Origin: Porticoccaceae bacterium
Lineage (GTDB): Bacteria; Pseudomonadota; Gammaproteobacteria; Pseudomonadales; Porticoccaceae
NCBI GenBank assembly: GCA_002702725.1
Contig: PABE01000114.1
Location: 35,843 to 99,842 of the forward strand
Direction of reading: 5' to 3'
Length of the DNA stretch: 64,000 bases
The position numbers were made by a program, and so were the translations under genes. The notes below the pieces were generated by a model. It had not been told where the DNA came from. It saw nothing but the letters and a program-made list of their open reading frames with translations, and ran no database searches. This document shows, one piece after another, positions 25,833-35,578 of the stretch. Within the stretch, counting starts at the first letter, position 1. Every line of letters starts with the position of its first letter.

Positions 25833-26224
25833 GTGAGCAAGAACTGGCCATTATTGTTGCTATTGGTGATGCGTTGCGTGCGAGTCCTCTTTCATGGAAC
25901 CAAATCCCAGAACAGCAAAAGGCAATGATCATCGAGATCATGCGCCCCAAGCCAACCTTCGACAACGAACAGAGGACATTTCTTGAGCGTTGGTGGATGG
26001 CCATTGATGATGCAGAACTTGCTTCGATTAACGCCAAACTTCCAGCAAACACGGTAGTTAGCCCCCGCATTGATGGCGACGGTGGCAAGTGGATTTGCGC
26101 GGACTTGTTCACCGACGCAGTTGAGGCCAGCGGACGACTACACGCGATTCTTGATGACTTGCTTGGACTGACGCTGCACTATCTGACCGAGGACTACTGG
26201 ACAGTTGATGATTCGCCGCCGTAA
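25829..26224 (+). CDS. hypothetical protein (131 aa)
   Basis: ATGA overlap with the upstream gene. Confidence 0.5.
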   Translation: MSEQELAIIVAIGDALRASPLSWNQIPEQQKAMIIEIMRPKPTFDNEQRTFLERWWMAIDDAELASINAKLPANTVVSPRIDGDGGKWICADLFTDAVEASGRLHAILDDLLGLTLHYLTEDYWTVDDSPP

Positions 26225-26349
26225 CTCCCAGAAACCCGTAGTCAGAACAAGAGAACGACACCACTAACGCTTAACGATCCATTATCTGAAGAACACAAGA
26301 AGTGACGCTTGCTAGTCAGTAAGCATTCTAAATAAGGAAGGAACCTGAA

Positions 26350-26697
26350 ATGCCAGCAGCTGGGCGAGCGAAAGTGGAGATCTCCGAAAACGGAGACACG
26401 TACGACGACAGTGAAGAGTATCTGGACTGTGAGTTCGAGGGCTGGTACGTCATCGAGATTGACGGGACTGTCGACACGAGCACAGTCATCAAGCCGTGGA
26501 TTTCATTTGGCGGAACGAGCACGCCGAACTGGAAAGAAATCCCAGATCCGGATGCAAGTTCTTACACGCCGTTCACATTCACGGCAACTGGCGTCAAGAC
26601 ATTGATGGTGCCTGGAAACTCGAAAGTCAAATTCGTAACTACTGACTACGATTCTTCTACCGGAACTAATGCGCGAAGGACTCGCGCCGCAAAATAA
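26350..26697 (+). CDS. hypothetical structural protein (115 aa)
   Basis: Preceded by AAGGAAGGAA. It is the first gene of a tightly coupled block. Confidence 0.5.
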   Translation: MPAAGRAKVEISENGDTYDDSEEYLDCEFEGWYVIEIDGTVDTSTVIKPWISFGGTSTPNWKEIPDPDASSYTPFTFTATGVKTLMVPGNSKVKFVTTDYDSSTGTNARRTRAAK

Positions 26698-26707
26698 AGG
26701 TGCCTAG

Positions 26708-27148
26708 TTGAGTACCACATCTCACTACGACATCTTGCAGCGTGTGATCACAAAGCTGAAAGCACTCAGCTTATCTCCGGTGTCGTCATCTCAAATATAC
26801 GCCTGTGAATTTCCCTTCGACAGGCATGTGGTTCCTGGAATCGCATGCAGCGAAATAGAGGAACACGAAGGCGCTGGAACAAACGAGAAGGATGACTTCA
26901 TGTACGGAGTCATGCTCACGAGGGTGTTTGGCGGATCCGGCCAGGGCGATTACCACCAGGATCAGTCTGCGTGGAGGCAGAAAGTTCGCAGCCACTTTCA
27001 TCGCCAGCTTCTTGGAAATATCGACAACGAGATCATAACAAAGGTGAGCCCAGGAAGAATCAATCTCACTAAACAGTGGAGAGACTGGGGCATCGACGGT
27101 AACACAATGGAAATCTGGACTTGGGTCAGGGAAGGCCGAGATAGCTAA
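26708..27148 (+). CDS. neck / tail-completion-like protein (weak call)
   Basis: 146 aa. The N-terminal pattern (YDILQRVITKLKAL...) resembles tail-completion proteins. This is a memory-based resemblance only. Confidence 0.3.
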   Translation: MSTTSHYDILQRVITKLKALSLSPVSSSQIYACEFPFDRHVVPGIACSEIEEHEGAGTNEKDDFMYGVMLTRVFGGSGQGDYHQDQSAWRQKVRSHFHRQLLGNIDNEIITKVSPGRINLTKQWRDWGIDGNTMEIWTWVREGRDS

Positions 27149-28098
27149 TGTCAACTTGCATGTCAATCGGATCGGCAGCAAAGCTTGCCGTACAGGGCGG
27201 CGGAACTGCACCAAGAACATTCAACTCCAGCAGCGAGCGGTACGACTTTCTGTATGAAACGCTGACAAAGAAGCAGCGCCGCGTAGGCAATCGCACCATC
27301 AAAGGCGACTTGTCTGACTGGGAAGAGCGAAACGTCGAAGGCGCATCGCTATGCTCTGGGGTAATTGCTTTCAACGCAAGCCCACTGTGGTTTTCCAACT
27401 GGATGACCAGAATCATCGGAACCACAACGAACGGCAACAATGGTGACGGCGATGCGATTTACGAGCCAGGCACATCGCTTCCTTCGTTCGATGTTCTGAT
27501 CGACAAAGAGGCTGACACGTTCCACTTCTACGACTGCATGGTCAATCGTTGCATCATTCGCGGCCAGAATGTCCCAAGCGAAGAAGAGCCAGAAGTCATC
27601 AATGTTGTTGTTCAGTTGATCGCAAAGCAGCGAGTCCTGACCACCTCTTGGCCTGATCCAGAGCCTTCTCTCTCGACGAGTTCCAACGCGCTACCGGACG
27701 TAATGGGCAAATCTGTGCTCACGATGGACAGCACTGAATACGCATACGACAGTTTCGTGCTATCGATCGACCACGGTCTTATTCCGAAGTTCCGGAACAG
27801 CCTGAACATCAGCTGTATTCGTCCTGGGATGCGAAAGGTTCGCCTGCAGACGAACAACCCATTCTTGTCGGCAAGCTTCTCTGCGCTGCACGACACTCTT
27901 GCCTCTCCGATCGGCGGAAGCCTGAAGTTCGAGAGGGGTGATGCTTACACCGAGTTTGCTTTCGGCACCTTGGACAACATGGGCGAAGACCCGAATGTTC
28001 GTGGCAAAACTGAAATTGTCCACGCACTTGACTTCCAGTGCCTGAAGGACGCTAGCGCCGGATCGCCTGAGATCACAGGGACCACCCACCTGGGATAA
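27148..28098 (+). CDS. tube-like structural protein (weak call)
   Basis: 316 aa with a TAATG overlap. The pattern AKLAVQ...FLYETL...GVIAFNASP...MTRIIG resembles ~300-aa phage tail-tube proteins. Not verified. Confidence 0.3.
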   Translation: MSTCMSIGSAAKLAVQGGGTAPRTFNSSSERYDFLYETLTKKQRRVGNRTIKGDLSDWEERNVEGASLCSGVIAFNASPLWFSNWMTRIIGTTTNGNNGDGDAIYEPGTSLPSFDVLIDKEADTFHFYDCMVNRCIIRGQNVPSEEEPEVINVVVQLIAKQRVLTTSWPDPEPSLSTSSNALPDVMGKSVLTMDSTEYAYDSFVLSIDHGLIPKFRNSLNISCIRPGMRKVRLQTNNPFLSASFSALHDTLASPIGGSLKFERGDAYTEFAFGTLDNMGEDPNVRGKTEIVHALDFQCLKDASAGSPEITGTTHLG

Positions 28099-28106
28099 TA
28101 TAAGCC

Positions 28107-28925
28107 TTGGAAGAATACATCGACGAAAGCCGACGCAGGAAGCTGCGCAATACCCCGACGATCGAAGAGATTGAACGTCGGGATATGGTCGCCATGGCCT
28201 ACATGAACTCGACTGCTTTTGGCAGTGGCATGAGTGTCATGGGCGCTGTGAGAGCGCAAAAGCCCATCGATGTACCAGAGCCAAAGTTTGTTGAGAATGA
28301 CACTGGCACATTCAAGCCTGGCACTCTCACTCACATGGTCATGGCAAACGCTGATGATCTCGCCACTGAGATCCCAAGAGAGCAGTTTGACCCGATTGAC
28401 ACAAATGTTGCTCCGTCACCACGCGAGCCGCTGCCGAGCGTTGATGATTTTCCGCTCGGTTTACCGGGGGAACAGGTGATGGCTGGCGCCGTGAGCCCCG
28501 AAGCTCCGGCGCCAGTCTCCCCCACTCCTATATTTGTGCAGCCTGAGCCTCAGCCTCAGCTTGACAGAATAGTGGAGCCGCCACCTCCACAGCCGCCACC
28601 AGCCGTTCCAAGAAGTTCAGTTCCAGATATTCCGGAACCGGATATTGGATTCGAGCAGTCACCGCCTCTGCCGTGGCTTCCTTTTGTTCCTCCTGTCCCG
28701 ATGGAAGCCTTTGAGAAAGATGCTTCCAGCAACCAAGAGGGGATTAACGGCCCGCAGGAGTACACAGAGGAGGCATTCCAGAGATTTGCCTACTCCTACA
28801 AGAACTTCCTGCACACGCTCGGCAGCATTCTTTACGGAATGACCGACAGGACGGACGAAGCCTTGGCGAGAATCCGCGAGCTTGAAACTCAGCTCGACCG
28901 AAGATACAAGAGGCGTTATCAGTGA
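28107..28925 (+). CDS. proline-rich hypothetical protein
   Basis: 272 aa with a central P-rich tract (PPPPQPPPAVP) and a C-terminal coiled-coil-like end. The TTG start is uncertain. Confidence 0.45.
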   Translation: MEEYIDESRRRKLRNTPTIEEIERRDMVAMAYMNSTAFGSGMSVMGAVRAQKPIDVPEPKFVENDTGTFKPGTLTHMVMANADDLATEIPREQFDPIDTNVAPSPREPLPSVDDFPLGLPGEQVMAGAVSPEAPAPVSPTPIFVQPEPQPQLDRIVEPPPPQPPPAVPRSSVPDIPEPDIGFEQSPPLPWLPFVPPVPMEAFEKDASSNQEGINGPQEYTEEAFQRFAYSYKNFLHTLGSILYGMTDRTDEALARIRELETQLDRRYKRRYQ

Positions 28926-29665
28926 TTATCAAGTACGGAAGCTATTCATTCGCTGATGGTGAATGCTCGATGATCAACTTCTCTGCGCAGCCAAAGCTAA
29001 CGCCTCGGCGAGTCAGAAGGAGCACGATCGTTCGGATGCAGTGCGCTGGCGAGTTTTGCTTTTCTGGTGCCGTAGATCAAGACGCTGTCAAGGCAAAGAT
29101 TGTTACTGCAAAGGCTGCGCTCGACCAAGACTACCAAGACTTGGTGATGCTACATAGCGACGGAACGACAGAGAGTCCGTATAAGCTTGAGAGTGGCGCA
29201 GCAAACAATGCCACTGGAAACATTGTCTATTACCAGAACTGGCCGTCCACGGCTCCAGAAGATTACGCCACGACGAAGCAGTTTCAGTTCGGCGTAGAGG
29301 CTGAATTCTACGATCCAAACCTGAGCCTCCTTGATTTCAGTCAGTCGATTCGGATTACCGGGACTACTGGTCCGATCAAGAGATGGATTCGCCTGCTGGA
29401 TGGAACATGGCAATCTCGCGTCATCCATACATCAAGCACGAAGAGGATCATCCAGGAAGGAAGGGCACTTGGTTTTGGCGCCTATCCTGTAGAACCGCCG
29501 CCAATTCTTGCTGAGATCTATGAGCATCTTGACCAAAGGCAGATCTTCCAGGAAGGCCCAAGCATTTTCTACTCTCGGCCTTACGAGTATCTGAAGACGT
29601 GGAGATATGTCTTCGAGACTCCGCTTGAGTTCACCCCGCTCAATGTCTATCCGCTGCTACGATGA
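28922..29665 (+). CDS. hypothetical structural protein (247 aa)
   Basis: GTGA overlap with the upstream gene. Confidence 0.5.
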   Translation: MIIKYGSYSFADGECSMINFSAQPKLTPRRVRRSTIVRMQCAGEFCFSGAVDQDAVKAKIVTAKAALDQDYQDLVMLHSDGTTESPYKLESGAANNATGNIVYYQNWPSTAPEDYATTKQFQFGVEAEFYDPNLSLLDFSQSIRITGTTGPIKRWIRLLDGTWQSRVIHTSSTKRIIQEGRALGFGAYPVEPPPILAEIYEHLDQRQIFQEGPSIFYSRPYEYLKTWRYVFETPLEFTPLNVYPLLR

Positions 29666-31089
29666 CCATCAAGATAACCTACGGCGATGCCAAGATCTGG
29701 AGCGCCGACCTTCTCATCAGTGCTGGCGCTCAACCAAGTCGATTTATCCTTGAAGGTGATATCCAAGGTGATCTCGATGATGTCGCGCCGATTCTCAGAA
29801 TTGACGATGGCGACACAGAGAGGATATTCGCAGACACTAGACTTCTGTCGATTGAGAACCGGCCATGTAGGTGGGGCGACGAGCTTTCATCCTATTACGT
29901 CATTGAAGATAAGAGATGGAAGTGGTGGGACATATTTGCTTCCTGTGACTACAACCGCCTGAAGTGCGACGGAGACAGGTATAACGACGCAACGTGTGGC
30001 GAGATCTTCGGAGATCTGCTGACACTCGCTGGCGAGGCGATCTTTGATGTCGGCAGCGCTAGTGACGCAATCTATCCGGTACTGCACTATGACGAGCAGG
30101 TTCCTGTTGGCAGGATGCTTCAGGACCTCTGTGAGCTGACAAAGCATACCATCGGATTCAAGGAAGATGGCAGCGTTAAGGTTTTTCAGCTAGGCCAGGG
30201 AAAGCTCCCGAATATCTCTGCGATCAAGAGTTTTCGACAATACACCAACCGAACAATCAATGACTTCAAAGTCATATCCAAGCCCACTCTTTTTGAGAGC
30301 CTGATCTCTGTCAACCCAGTTGGGATGGAATCAACTGGCGAGATCGTTGATCTGGATTCCGTCAGCTACAAGCCTGCTGCGGGATGGAGCGGAGAATGGC
30401 CAGGGCAGTTTAGCGGAGTTGCCTCTGCTTCTCAGTGGCTGGCGAACAAAAGCGTTTACCGACTGTTTGAGCCAAGCAGTGTGGAGAACGACCAGACGGC
30501 AGCTGCGTTCCCGCTAGATGGTCTGGAAATACTGGAAAACGGCGATTGCGCATATAACAGTATGAGAGGAGGAGTTTGCATTGACTATGTCATTGGCGAA
30601 TTCTGGCCTGAGTACCACCGAGGGGATGTCGAGACATCTGCAACAGACCACTGGTTTGGCGATGTTTCCGTAAAGGAAAACATCTTTCAGTTCGGCAGGC
30701 CTGTATTCAAGGTTGATGACGGCGCCGTATCTGAGCCAGTGCTGAAGATCAAGGCTTGGCATCGGCAGCGAGATGACGCCAATGGAGACTTCATTTTCGA
30801 GAGCCTTGGAAACGGTCCTGTTCGCGAGGCTTCTTGGGTTCAGCCTGTTGTCATCCACGATGAAGGGACAAATCTGACTGATGTTGGGAATCAGCTGACT
30901 GAATACAGGCGGATCTGCATCCAAGAGTCCAATATCGACACATCGATGGTTGTTTATGACGGGATCCAGAGTGTCGAAGTCAATGGAAATGTAAGGTCAA
31001 TTCGGCACAAGCTCAATCTGACAGCAAGCTCTGGTGGCGCTGACACGGAAGTTTACATAGGCGATGGCTGGGACGGCCTGCAGGTATGA
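29662..31089 (+). CDS. hypothetical large structural protein (475 aa; hub- or fibre-like by size)
   Basis: ATGA overlap. Its Arg codons are mostly AGA/AGG. Confidence 0.5.
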   Translation: MTIKITYGDAKIWSADLLISAGAQPSRFILEGDIQGDLDDVAPILRIDDGDTERIFADTRLLSIENRPCRWGDELSSYYVIEDKRWKWWDIFASCDYNRLKCDGDRYNDATCGEIFGDLLTLAGEAIFDVGSASDAIYPVLHYDEQVPVGRMLQDLCELTKHTIGFKEDGSVKVFQLGQGKLPNISAIKSFRQYTNRTINDFKVISKPTLFESLISVNPVGMESTGEIVDLDSVSYKPAAGWSGEWPGQFSGVASASQWLANKSVYRLFEPSSVENDQTAAAFPLDGLEILENGDCAYNSMRGGVCIDYVIGEFWPEYHRGDVETSATDHWFGDVSVKENIFQFGRPVFKVDDGAVSEPVLKIKAWHRQRDDANGDFIFESLGNGPVREASWVQPVVIHDEGTNLTDVGNQLTEYRRICIQESNIDTSMVVYDGIQSVEVNGNVRSIRHKLNLTASSGGADTEVYIGDGWDGLQV

Positions 31090-31778
31090 CGCGCGGAGTA
31101 TCCGACCCTTTATTCATGGGGTCGCAGTGGCACGACTGTAAAAACGCCAGCGGGTCTAGCATCCCTCCGTACGGTGTAGCCGAAACGGTTGGCATGACGA
31201 CGATCACCGTCGATGGTGTGTCGAAGCCAGCGATATCCGTCCAGGCGCCAACGACAAACAATCCGGAAAAGCTGGTGTTTACTGGTCCGATGGGATGCCC
31301 GGCTGGTGGAACCGGGATTTGCCATGCGGAAGTTATTGGGTATGCAGCGCACTCCGGAACGCTCAGTACAAGCGCCAACTACGGGCTAGATGATGACGGC
31401 CCGCTACTTCAGGAAAAGGTTGGGAATTTCCGGGGGATTGGCGGAACATTCACGTCTGGTGGAAACAGCGTATCGCTCTTCTATCGGACGCCGAACACTG
31501 GCGCCAAGAAGATACTATTCACGATTGTTTCCGCGAGTGGATCGTCTGCAACAGTTCAGGTCAACAAGGCTACATGCAACCTGACGGAGATTGATGGGAT
31601 TGGCGTCAGTTGTTTGCTGACTGTGTACGACGACCTCGGGTGCCTATTGTCAGCTGCGGATTCCGCTGCGTGGGTCGGAAAGAAGGGAACTGCGGTGTTG
31701 ATGCAGTCACTTGACGAGGACTCCTGTGAGCCAACTGGCTCGTGCAGATGGGTCATTGACGCACTGTGCTGTCCATAG
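31086..31778 (+). CDS. hypothetical structural protein with a Cys-rich C-terminus
   Basis: ATGA overlap. The protein ends ...CRWVIDALCCP. Confidence 0.5.
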   Translation: MTRGVSDPLFMGSQWHDCKNASGSSIPPYGVAETVGMTTITVDGVSKPAISVQAPTTNNPEKLVFTGPMGCPAGGTGICHAEVIGYAAHSGTLSTSANYGLDDDGPLLQEKVGNFRGIGGTFTSGGNSVSLFYRTPNTGAKKILFTIVSASGSSATVQVNKATCNLTEIDGIGVSCLLTVYDDLGCLLSAADSAAWVGKKGTAVLMQSLDEDSCEPTGSCRWVIDALCCP

Positions 31779-31787
31779 GAGAGATAT

Positions 31788-32372
31788 ATGTCACTCCTGA
31801 CAATGCTGTGCTGTTGCGACGAATCGAGCAGTTCTTCTTCATCCAGCAGTTCATCAAGTTCGAGCAGTAGTTCGTCGAGTTCTAGCAGTTCGTCCAGCAG
31901 CTCGGAAAGCTCAAGCAGTTCTTCGTCGTCAAGCTCAAGCAGCGATTCATCAAGCAGCAGTTCGTCTTCGTCGAGCAGTTCGTCGTCAAGCTCCAGTAGC
32001 AGTTCGTCGAGCAGTTCGAGTTCATCGAGTTCGAGCAGCTCAAGTAGCTCAAGCAGTGACTCGTCTAGTAGCTCGTCCAGCGATTCGCTCAGCAGCGAGA
32101 GTGCCAGCGAAAGCACAAGCTCTGAATCTGTCTCGTTAAGCGACAGCGTGCCTAGCGAGGAGGATCCTTGCGCCTGCCCAAGCCCTCCTGTTGTTGTGCC
32201 CGGTGGACCACAGCCTCCATGCGGCGATGTGTATTTCGGCCCATGCGTGGCAACGCTTCCAGGCGAAAACTGCGACAGCCTGCAATGTACGTTTGAGTTT
32301 GATGGAACGAGATGGAGATTGATCCTTAACTGCTACGGCGAGAAGGTAGAGGAGATCCCAAGTTGCCCATAA
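31788..32372 (+). CDS. poly-serine repeat protein with a Cys-rich C-terminal domain
   Basis: AGGAGAG lies 7 nt upstream of the ATG. The product is MSLLTMLCCCDE, then a tract of about 125 residues that is mostly Ser with sparse D/E, then a Cys-rich ~60-aa domain. Confidence 0.7.
   Translation: MSLLTMLCCCDESSSSSSSSSSSSSSSSSSSSSSSSSSSESSSSSSSSSSSSDSSSSSSSSSSSSSSSSSSSSSSSSSSSSSSSSSSSSSDSSSSSSSDSLSSESASESTSSESVSLSDSVPSEEDPCACPSPPVVVPGGPQPPCGDVYFGPCVATLPGENCDSLQCTFEFDGTRWRLILNCYGEKVEEIPSCP
31824..32160 (+). repeat. low-complexity serine-coding tract
   Basis: Near-continuous Ser codons using all six codons (AGC, AGT, TCG, TCA, TCT, TCC) in an irregular order. Confidence 0.9.
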
Positions 32373-33580
32373 GCACCCAATGTGAGCATCTTAGTGACGG
32401 AAAATGCGAGATCGCATCAAAGCACGCTGGAATGCCGATCGTGGTAAACAGCAGTGGATGCGAGGCGTGCCTTGCTAATCCGAATCCAAAGCAGATGAAC
32501 CACCCCATGGCAAGCATGTGCGTTGTTGCCATGATCAAAGCCGATAGGTTCAGGACGCCTGAGTATCGCGAGATATCAAAGCACATCCAGTCGCCCGAGG
32601 AAAGGTGCGAGAACACTGGAACCTGCAAGGAAAATGCATTCGGCCCAGGAACTGAACTTAAAGAGATCGTTCCCAAGTTCTTCGAGCGAGGCAAGTGTTC
32701 GTGCAAGAGCTACGCTGCCAAGATGGATCGGTGGGGCGTAGACGAGTGCGAGCAGCGATTTGAAGAGATCGTCGATCACTTAGTCAAGCAGGCAAGCGGA
32801 TGGGCGGTGCCAGCCTTTGCTTCTCGCGTTGTCGCGCGGCGATGGCTGCGCATGGCAATCGATAATGCAAAGTCTGACTGGCCTTTTGTGTGGGCATACT
32901 ACGCAAAAGAGGCAAAGGGAGATGAGCTTCGGTACTCGATTCGATCGCTTCTCAAATGGAAGCCTGACGCGAGAGTGATCTTAATTGGCGACAAACCTGA
33001 CTGGTATGGCGGAGAGTTTTACGAGAAGCCAAGGATCGGACCAACGAGCTTTCAGGCATTCAAGGACTGCTACTCGAAGCTCCAGATGGCAGCAACGATC
33101 GTAGACAAGTTCGTCTGGATGATGGACGACATATACTGGGTCAGCGACTTTAAGATGTATCACGCCACTAGCCCGAAGTATGTTCGGCATGTTACACAAG
33201 AGCAGTTCTACAACTGGAAGCCAAAGAATGCTTGGGCGAAGACTCGCGCCAACGCCTATTCATACCTACTTGAAAACAGTCTTCCGACGTACGACTTTGC
33301 TGGTCACCTTCCGCAGCCAATCCGATCCAAGACATTCTTGGAAATGGAAGACGAACTTGGGTTGCTGGAAGAGTATCGAAACTGGGAGTGCATTTACTTC
33401 AACAAGTATTACTCTCAGCACGCCATACCTTACGCAAGCAAGTATACAAGAGTTACCAAGGAGCCGAAAAGAATCTCTCCGAAAGGTGTTCTGCTCAATC
33501 ACACGAGTTCGACGTACGGCGGGATGGTGCGCGAGTATCTTGAGAGTGCATTCCCAGAAAAGTGCGCGGTGGAGAAATGA
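32363..33580 (+). CDS. Stealth-like hexose-1-phosphate transferase with a Cys-rich N-terminal region
   Basis: GDELRYSIRSL, RVILIGDKPDWY and FVWMMDDIYWV match my recollection of Stealth conserved region 2 (ELRYSLRS ... IVTD.Q.P.WL ... F.Y.NDD.F). The start is uncertain (TTG 32363 or ATG 32432). Confidence 0.5.
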   Translation: MPISTQCEHLSDGKCEIASKHAGMPIVVNSSGCEACLANPNPKQMNHPMASMCVVAMIKADRFRTPEYREISKHIQSPEERCENTGTCKENAFGPGTELKEIVPKFFERGKCSCKSYAAKMDRWGVDECEQRFEEIVDHLVKQASGWAVPAFASRVVARRWLRMAIDNAKSDWPFVWAYYAKEAKGDELRYSIRSLLKWKPDARVILIGDKPDWYGGEFYEKPRIGPTSFQAFKDCYSKLQMAATIVDKFVWMMDDIYWVSDFKMYHATSPKYVRHVTQEQFYNWKPKNAWAKTRANAYSYLLENSLPTYDFAGHLPQPIRSKTFLEMEDELGLLEEYRNWECIYFNKYYSQHAIPYASKYTRVTKEPKRISPKGVLLNHTSSTYGGMVREYLESAFPEKCAVEK

Positions 33581-34212
33581 CATACGATGCCACAGTGATT
33601 ATCCCGTGGAGGGAGTGCCCATCGAGGCGACCCGGATTTGACTGGGTCCTTCGGTACTATCGCCATCGTTTTGACAAGGTGATTGTCAGCGAGCAAAGCG
33701 ACGGAAAGTTCAACAAGTCAGCTGCAATCAACAGCGCGATCAAGCACTGCAATCCAAAGCCAGAGGACGTTTTTGTAATAGCTGACGCCGACTGTTTTAT
33801 TGCTGACTGGGCAATGGAGGCTGGGATCAGCAAGGCGAAAGTGTCAAACAAGCTCGTCAGGCCGCACAAGAGATATCTTCGCACGAGCAAAGAACAAGCA
33901 GAATTTATCCTTCAGCAAGACCCAACCAAAAAGATATTCTTTCACTGGTTCCACAAGAAATTCAACCGCTTCAAAGCAAAGGGCGGTGTGTGGATCATTC
34001 GATTTGAAGTCTTCGATAGAACTGGCTGGATGGACGAGGGGTACGTTGGATGGGGTGGAGAGGATAGCGATTTCATTGCGAGATGCGGATCCGTTGTGAT
34101 GAATGGACCGCTCTACCACATCTGGCATGAGCCAGCGCCAGACAAGAGTTTTTCAAGTCCTGGATGCAAGCGTTTTCACGAGAAGTTTCGCCGCAGGAAA
34201 AAAAGACGATGA
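33577..34212 (+). CDS. GT-A fold glycosyltransferase (GT2 / beta-4-GalT C-terminal type)
   Basis: Motifs TVIIPW, FNKSAAINSAI, DxD-type VIADADC, GWGGEDSDF and LYHIWH. ATGA overlap at 33577. Confidence 0.7.
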   Translation: MTYDATVIIPWRECPSRRPGFDWVLRYYRHRFDKVIVSEQSDGKFNKSAAINSAIKHCNPKPEDVFVIADADCFIADWAMEAGISKAKVSNKLVRPHKRYLRTSKEQAEFILQQDPTKKIFFHWFHKKFNRFKAKGGVWIIRFEVFDRTGWMDEGYVGWGGEDSDFIARCGSVVMNGPLYHIWHEPAPDKSFSSPGCKRFHEKFRRRKKRR

Positions 34213-35027
34213 AGCGAGCGATCTTCTTTGAAGTGAAGAGATGCTACAGAATTTACATGTGGCCTATCTTCCGCGAGATGGAAAGGCGTGGCTACAAGTG
34301 CTATTTCGCTGGTCCTAAAACTAGACGATCGAAGTGGTACTGCGACTACGGTTTTGTGTGGAATGGGCATGATCACCGAGTGTCTAAGTTCAACAGATAC
34401 CTCAAAGAATCTGGCATTCCACATTCGTTCATTGAGTCTGGGTATTTCTCGCAACTGAATCACTCGTTTGTCAGCAGAGCTGGGTCAATCGGACGGTTTC
34501 TCTTCCTTGACGAAAAGATTGAAGATCCAACTGGAGAAGACATGGATCTGGTACAGCGCAAGAGCAGTTCATACGTCCCAGGATACACATACAAATACCT
34601 TGGCCATATTGCTGGGATGCTTCAACTGCAAAAGGACACATCGATCAAGACGCAGAGCGACTTCAAGGACTCGCAAGAATTCGTTGACAGGGTTGAGTCA
34701 GATCACCCGAATGACAATGTGATATTCAGGCCACACCCTTACGAACGAAACGTGAGACTGCGAACCAGTAGCCCATTGAGTAGAAGTAGAACTATGTGGG
34801 ATCACGTTCTTCCAGCACGGAAGGTTGTCGGAATCAATAGCACTTCGCTTTACGAGTCGGTTCTCGCGGGTAAAGAAGTCGTGGCTTACGGAGATTGTGC
34901 TTTAAGCAGGAATCCTGACAACCACATTGGCGTCGTTGCTGAAATCATCAAGAGGGAAATCCACGTCGATGCGGACAGGTGTGGGGATCAGCTCGAAAGA
35001 AGCCTTGGAGACGAAGCACCACGATGA
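34209..35027 (+). CDS. capsule-synthesis-like (KpsC/KpsS- or TagF-like) glycosyl/phosphotransferase
   Basis: FRPHPYE ... KVVGINSTSLYESVLAGKEVVAYGDC resembles the HP ... NSTvGfEAl..GkpV..G signature. ATGA overlap at 34209. Confidence 0.45.
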   Translation: MKRAIFFEVKRCYRIYMWPIFREMERRGYKCYFAGPKTRRSKWYCDYGFVWNGHDHRVSKFNRYLKESGIPHSFIESGYFSQLNHSFVSRAGSIGRFLFLDEKIEDPTGEDMDLVQRKSSSYVPGYTYKYLGHIAGMLQLQKDTSIKTQSDFKDSQEFVDRVESDHPNDNVIFRPHPYERNVRLRTSSPLSRSRTMWDHVLPARKVVGINSTSLYESVLAGKEVVAYGDCALSRNPDNHIGVVAEIIKREIHVDADRCGDQLERSLGDEAPR

Positions 35028-35578
35028 GGCAAAAGATTACGGAGATATTCAGGCTTGCGAGGCTTTGTGGATCGCTTGGGTGCGAGAGCTACCTTGAGGT
35101 CGGATGTGCTGACGGAGAGACTTTTCTTTCGATCGGAAGCACGATGAAGAAAGCCGTGGCTGTAGACATGCCCGGAATGAAATGGGGGACCGTCAAAACT
35201 GGCCCAGTTCTGGCGAGAAGAGTTTCAGACATGCGAACAAAACTCGGTGTCGACTCGCACCTCATAATTGGCGATTCTTCTGACGACAGTGTTGTTGACA
35301 GAGCGATGAAGCTTGGACCGTATGATCTTGTTTTCATAGATGGTGACCACACATACGATGGAGTTAAGCGTGACTACGAAAACTATGGCCCTATGGCAAC
35401 AAAAGCCATCGCGTTTCATGACATCATTGGAAACGGCATGAAGTTTCGTGACGGAAGCAAGGTTGAGGTTCCTATCCTATGGAAAGAGATATCTTCGTCT
35501 CTAAAGACAGTCGAGTTCTCGGAAACTTGGGGCCAGATGCCAATGGGGATCGGCGTGATCCTTGTCGGCGAGAGATAA
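35024..35578 (+). CDS. class I SAM-dependent methyltransferase (Methyltransf_24-like)
   Basis: Motifs YLEVGCADGETF and VFIDGDHTYDGVKRDYENY. ATGA overlap at 35024. Confidence 0.65.
   Translation: MRQKITEIFRLARLCGSLGCESYLEVGCADGETFLSIGSTMKKAVAVDMPGMKWGTVKTGPVLARRVSDMRTKLGVDSHLIIGDSSDDSVVDRAMKLGPYDLVFIDGDHTYDGVKRDYENYGPMATKAIAFHDIIGNGMKFRDGSKVEVPILWKEISSSLKTVEFSETWGQMPMGIGVILVGER

Noticed and set aside
31556-32116. 186-aa Leu/Glu/Asp-rich minus-strand ORF
   Set aside because: It is the reverse-complement mirror of the serine-codon tract (AGC/TCG and so on), so its composition follows mechanically. There is no ribosome-binding site or independent support for it.
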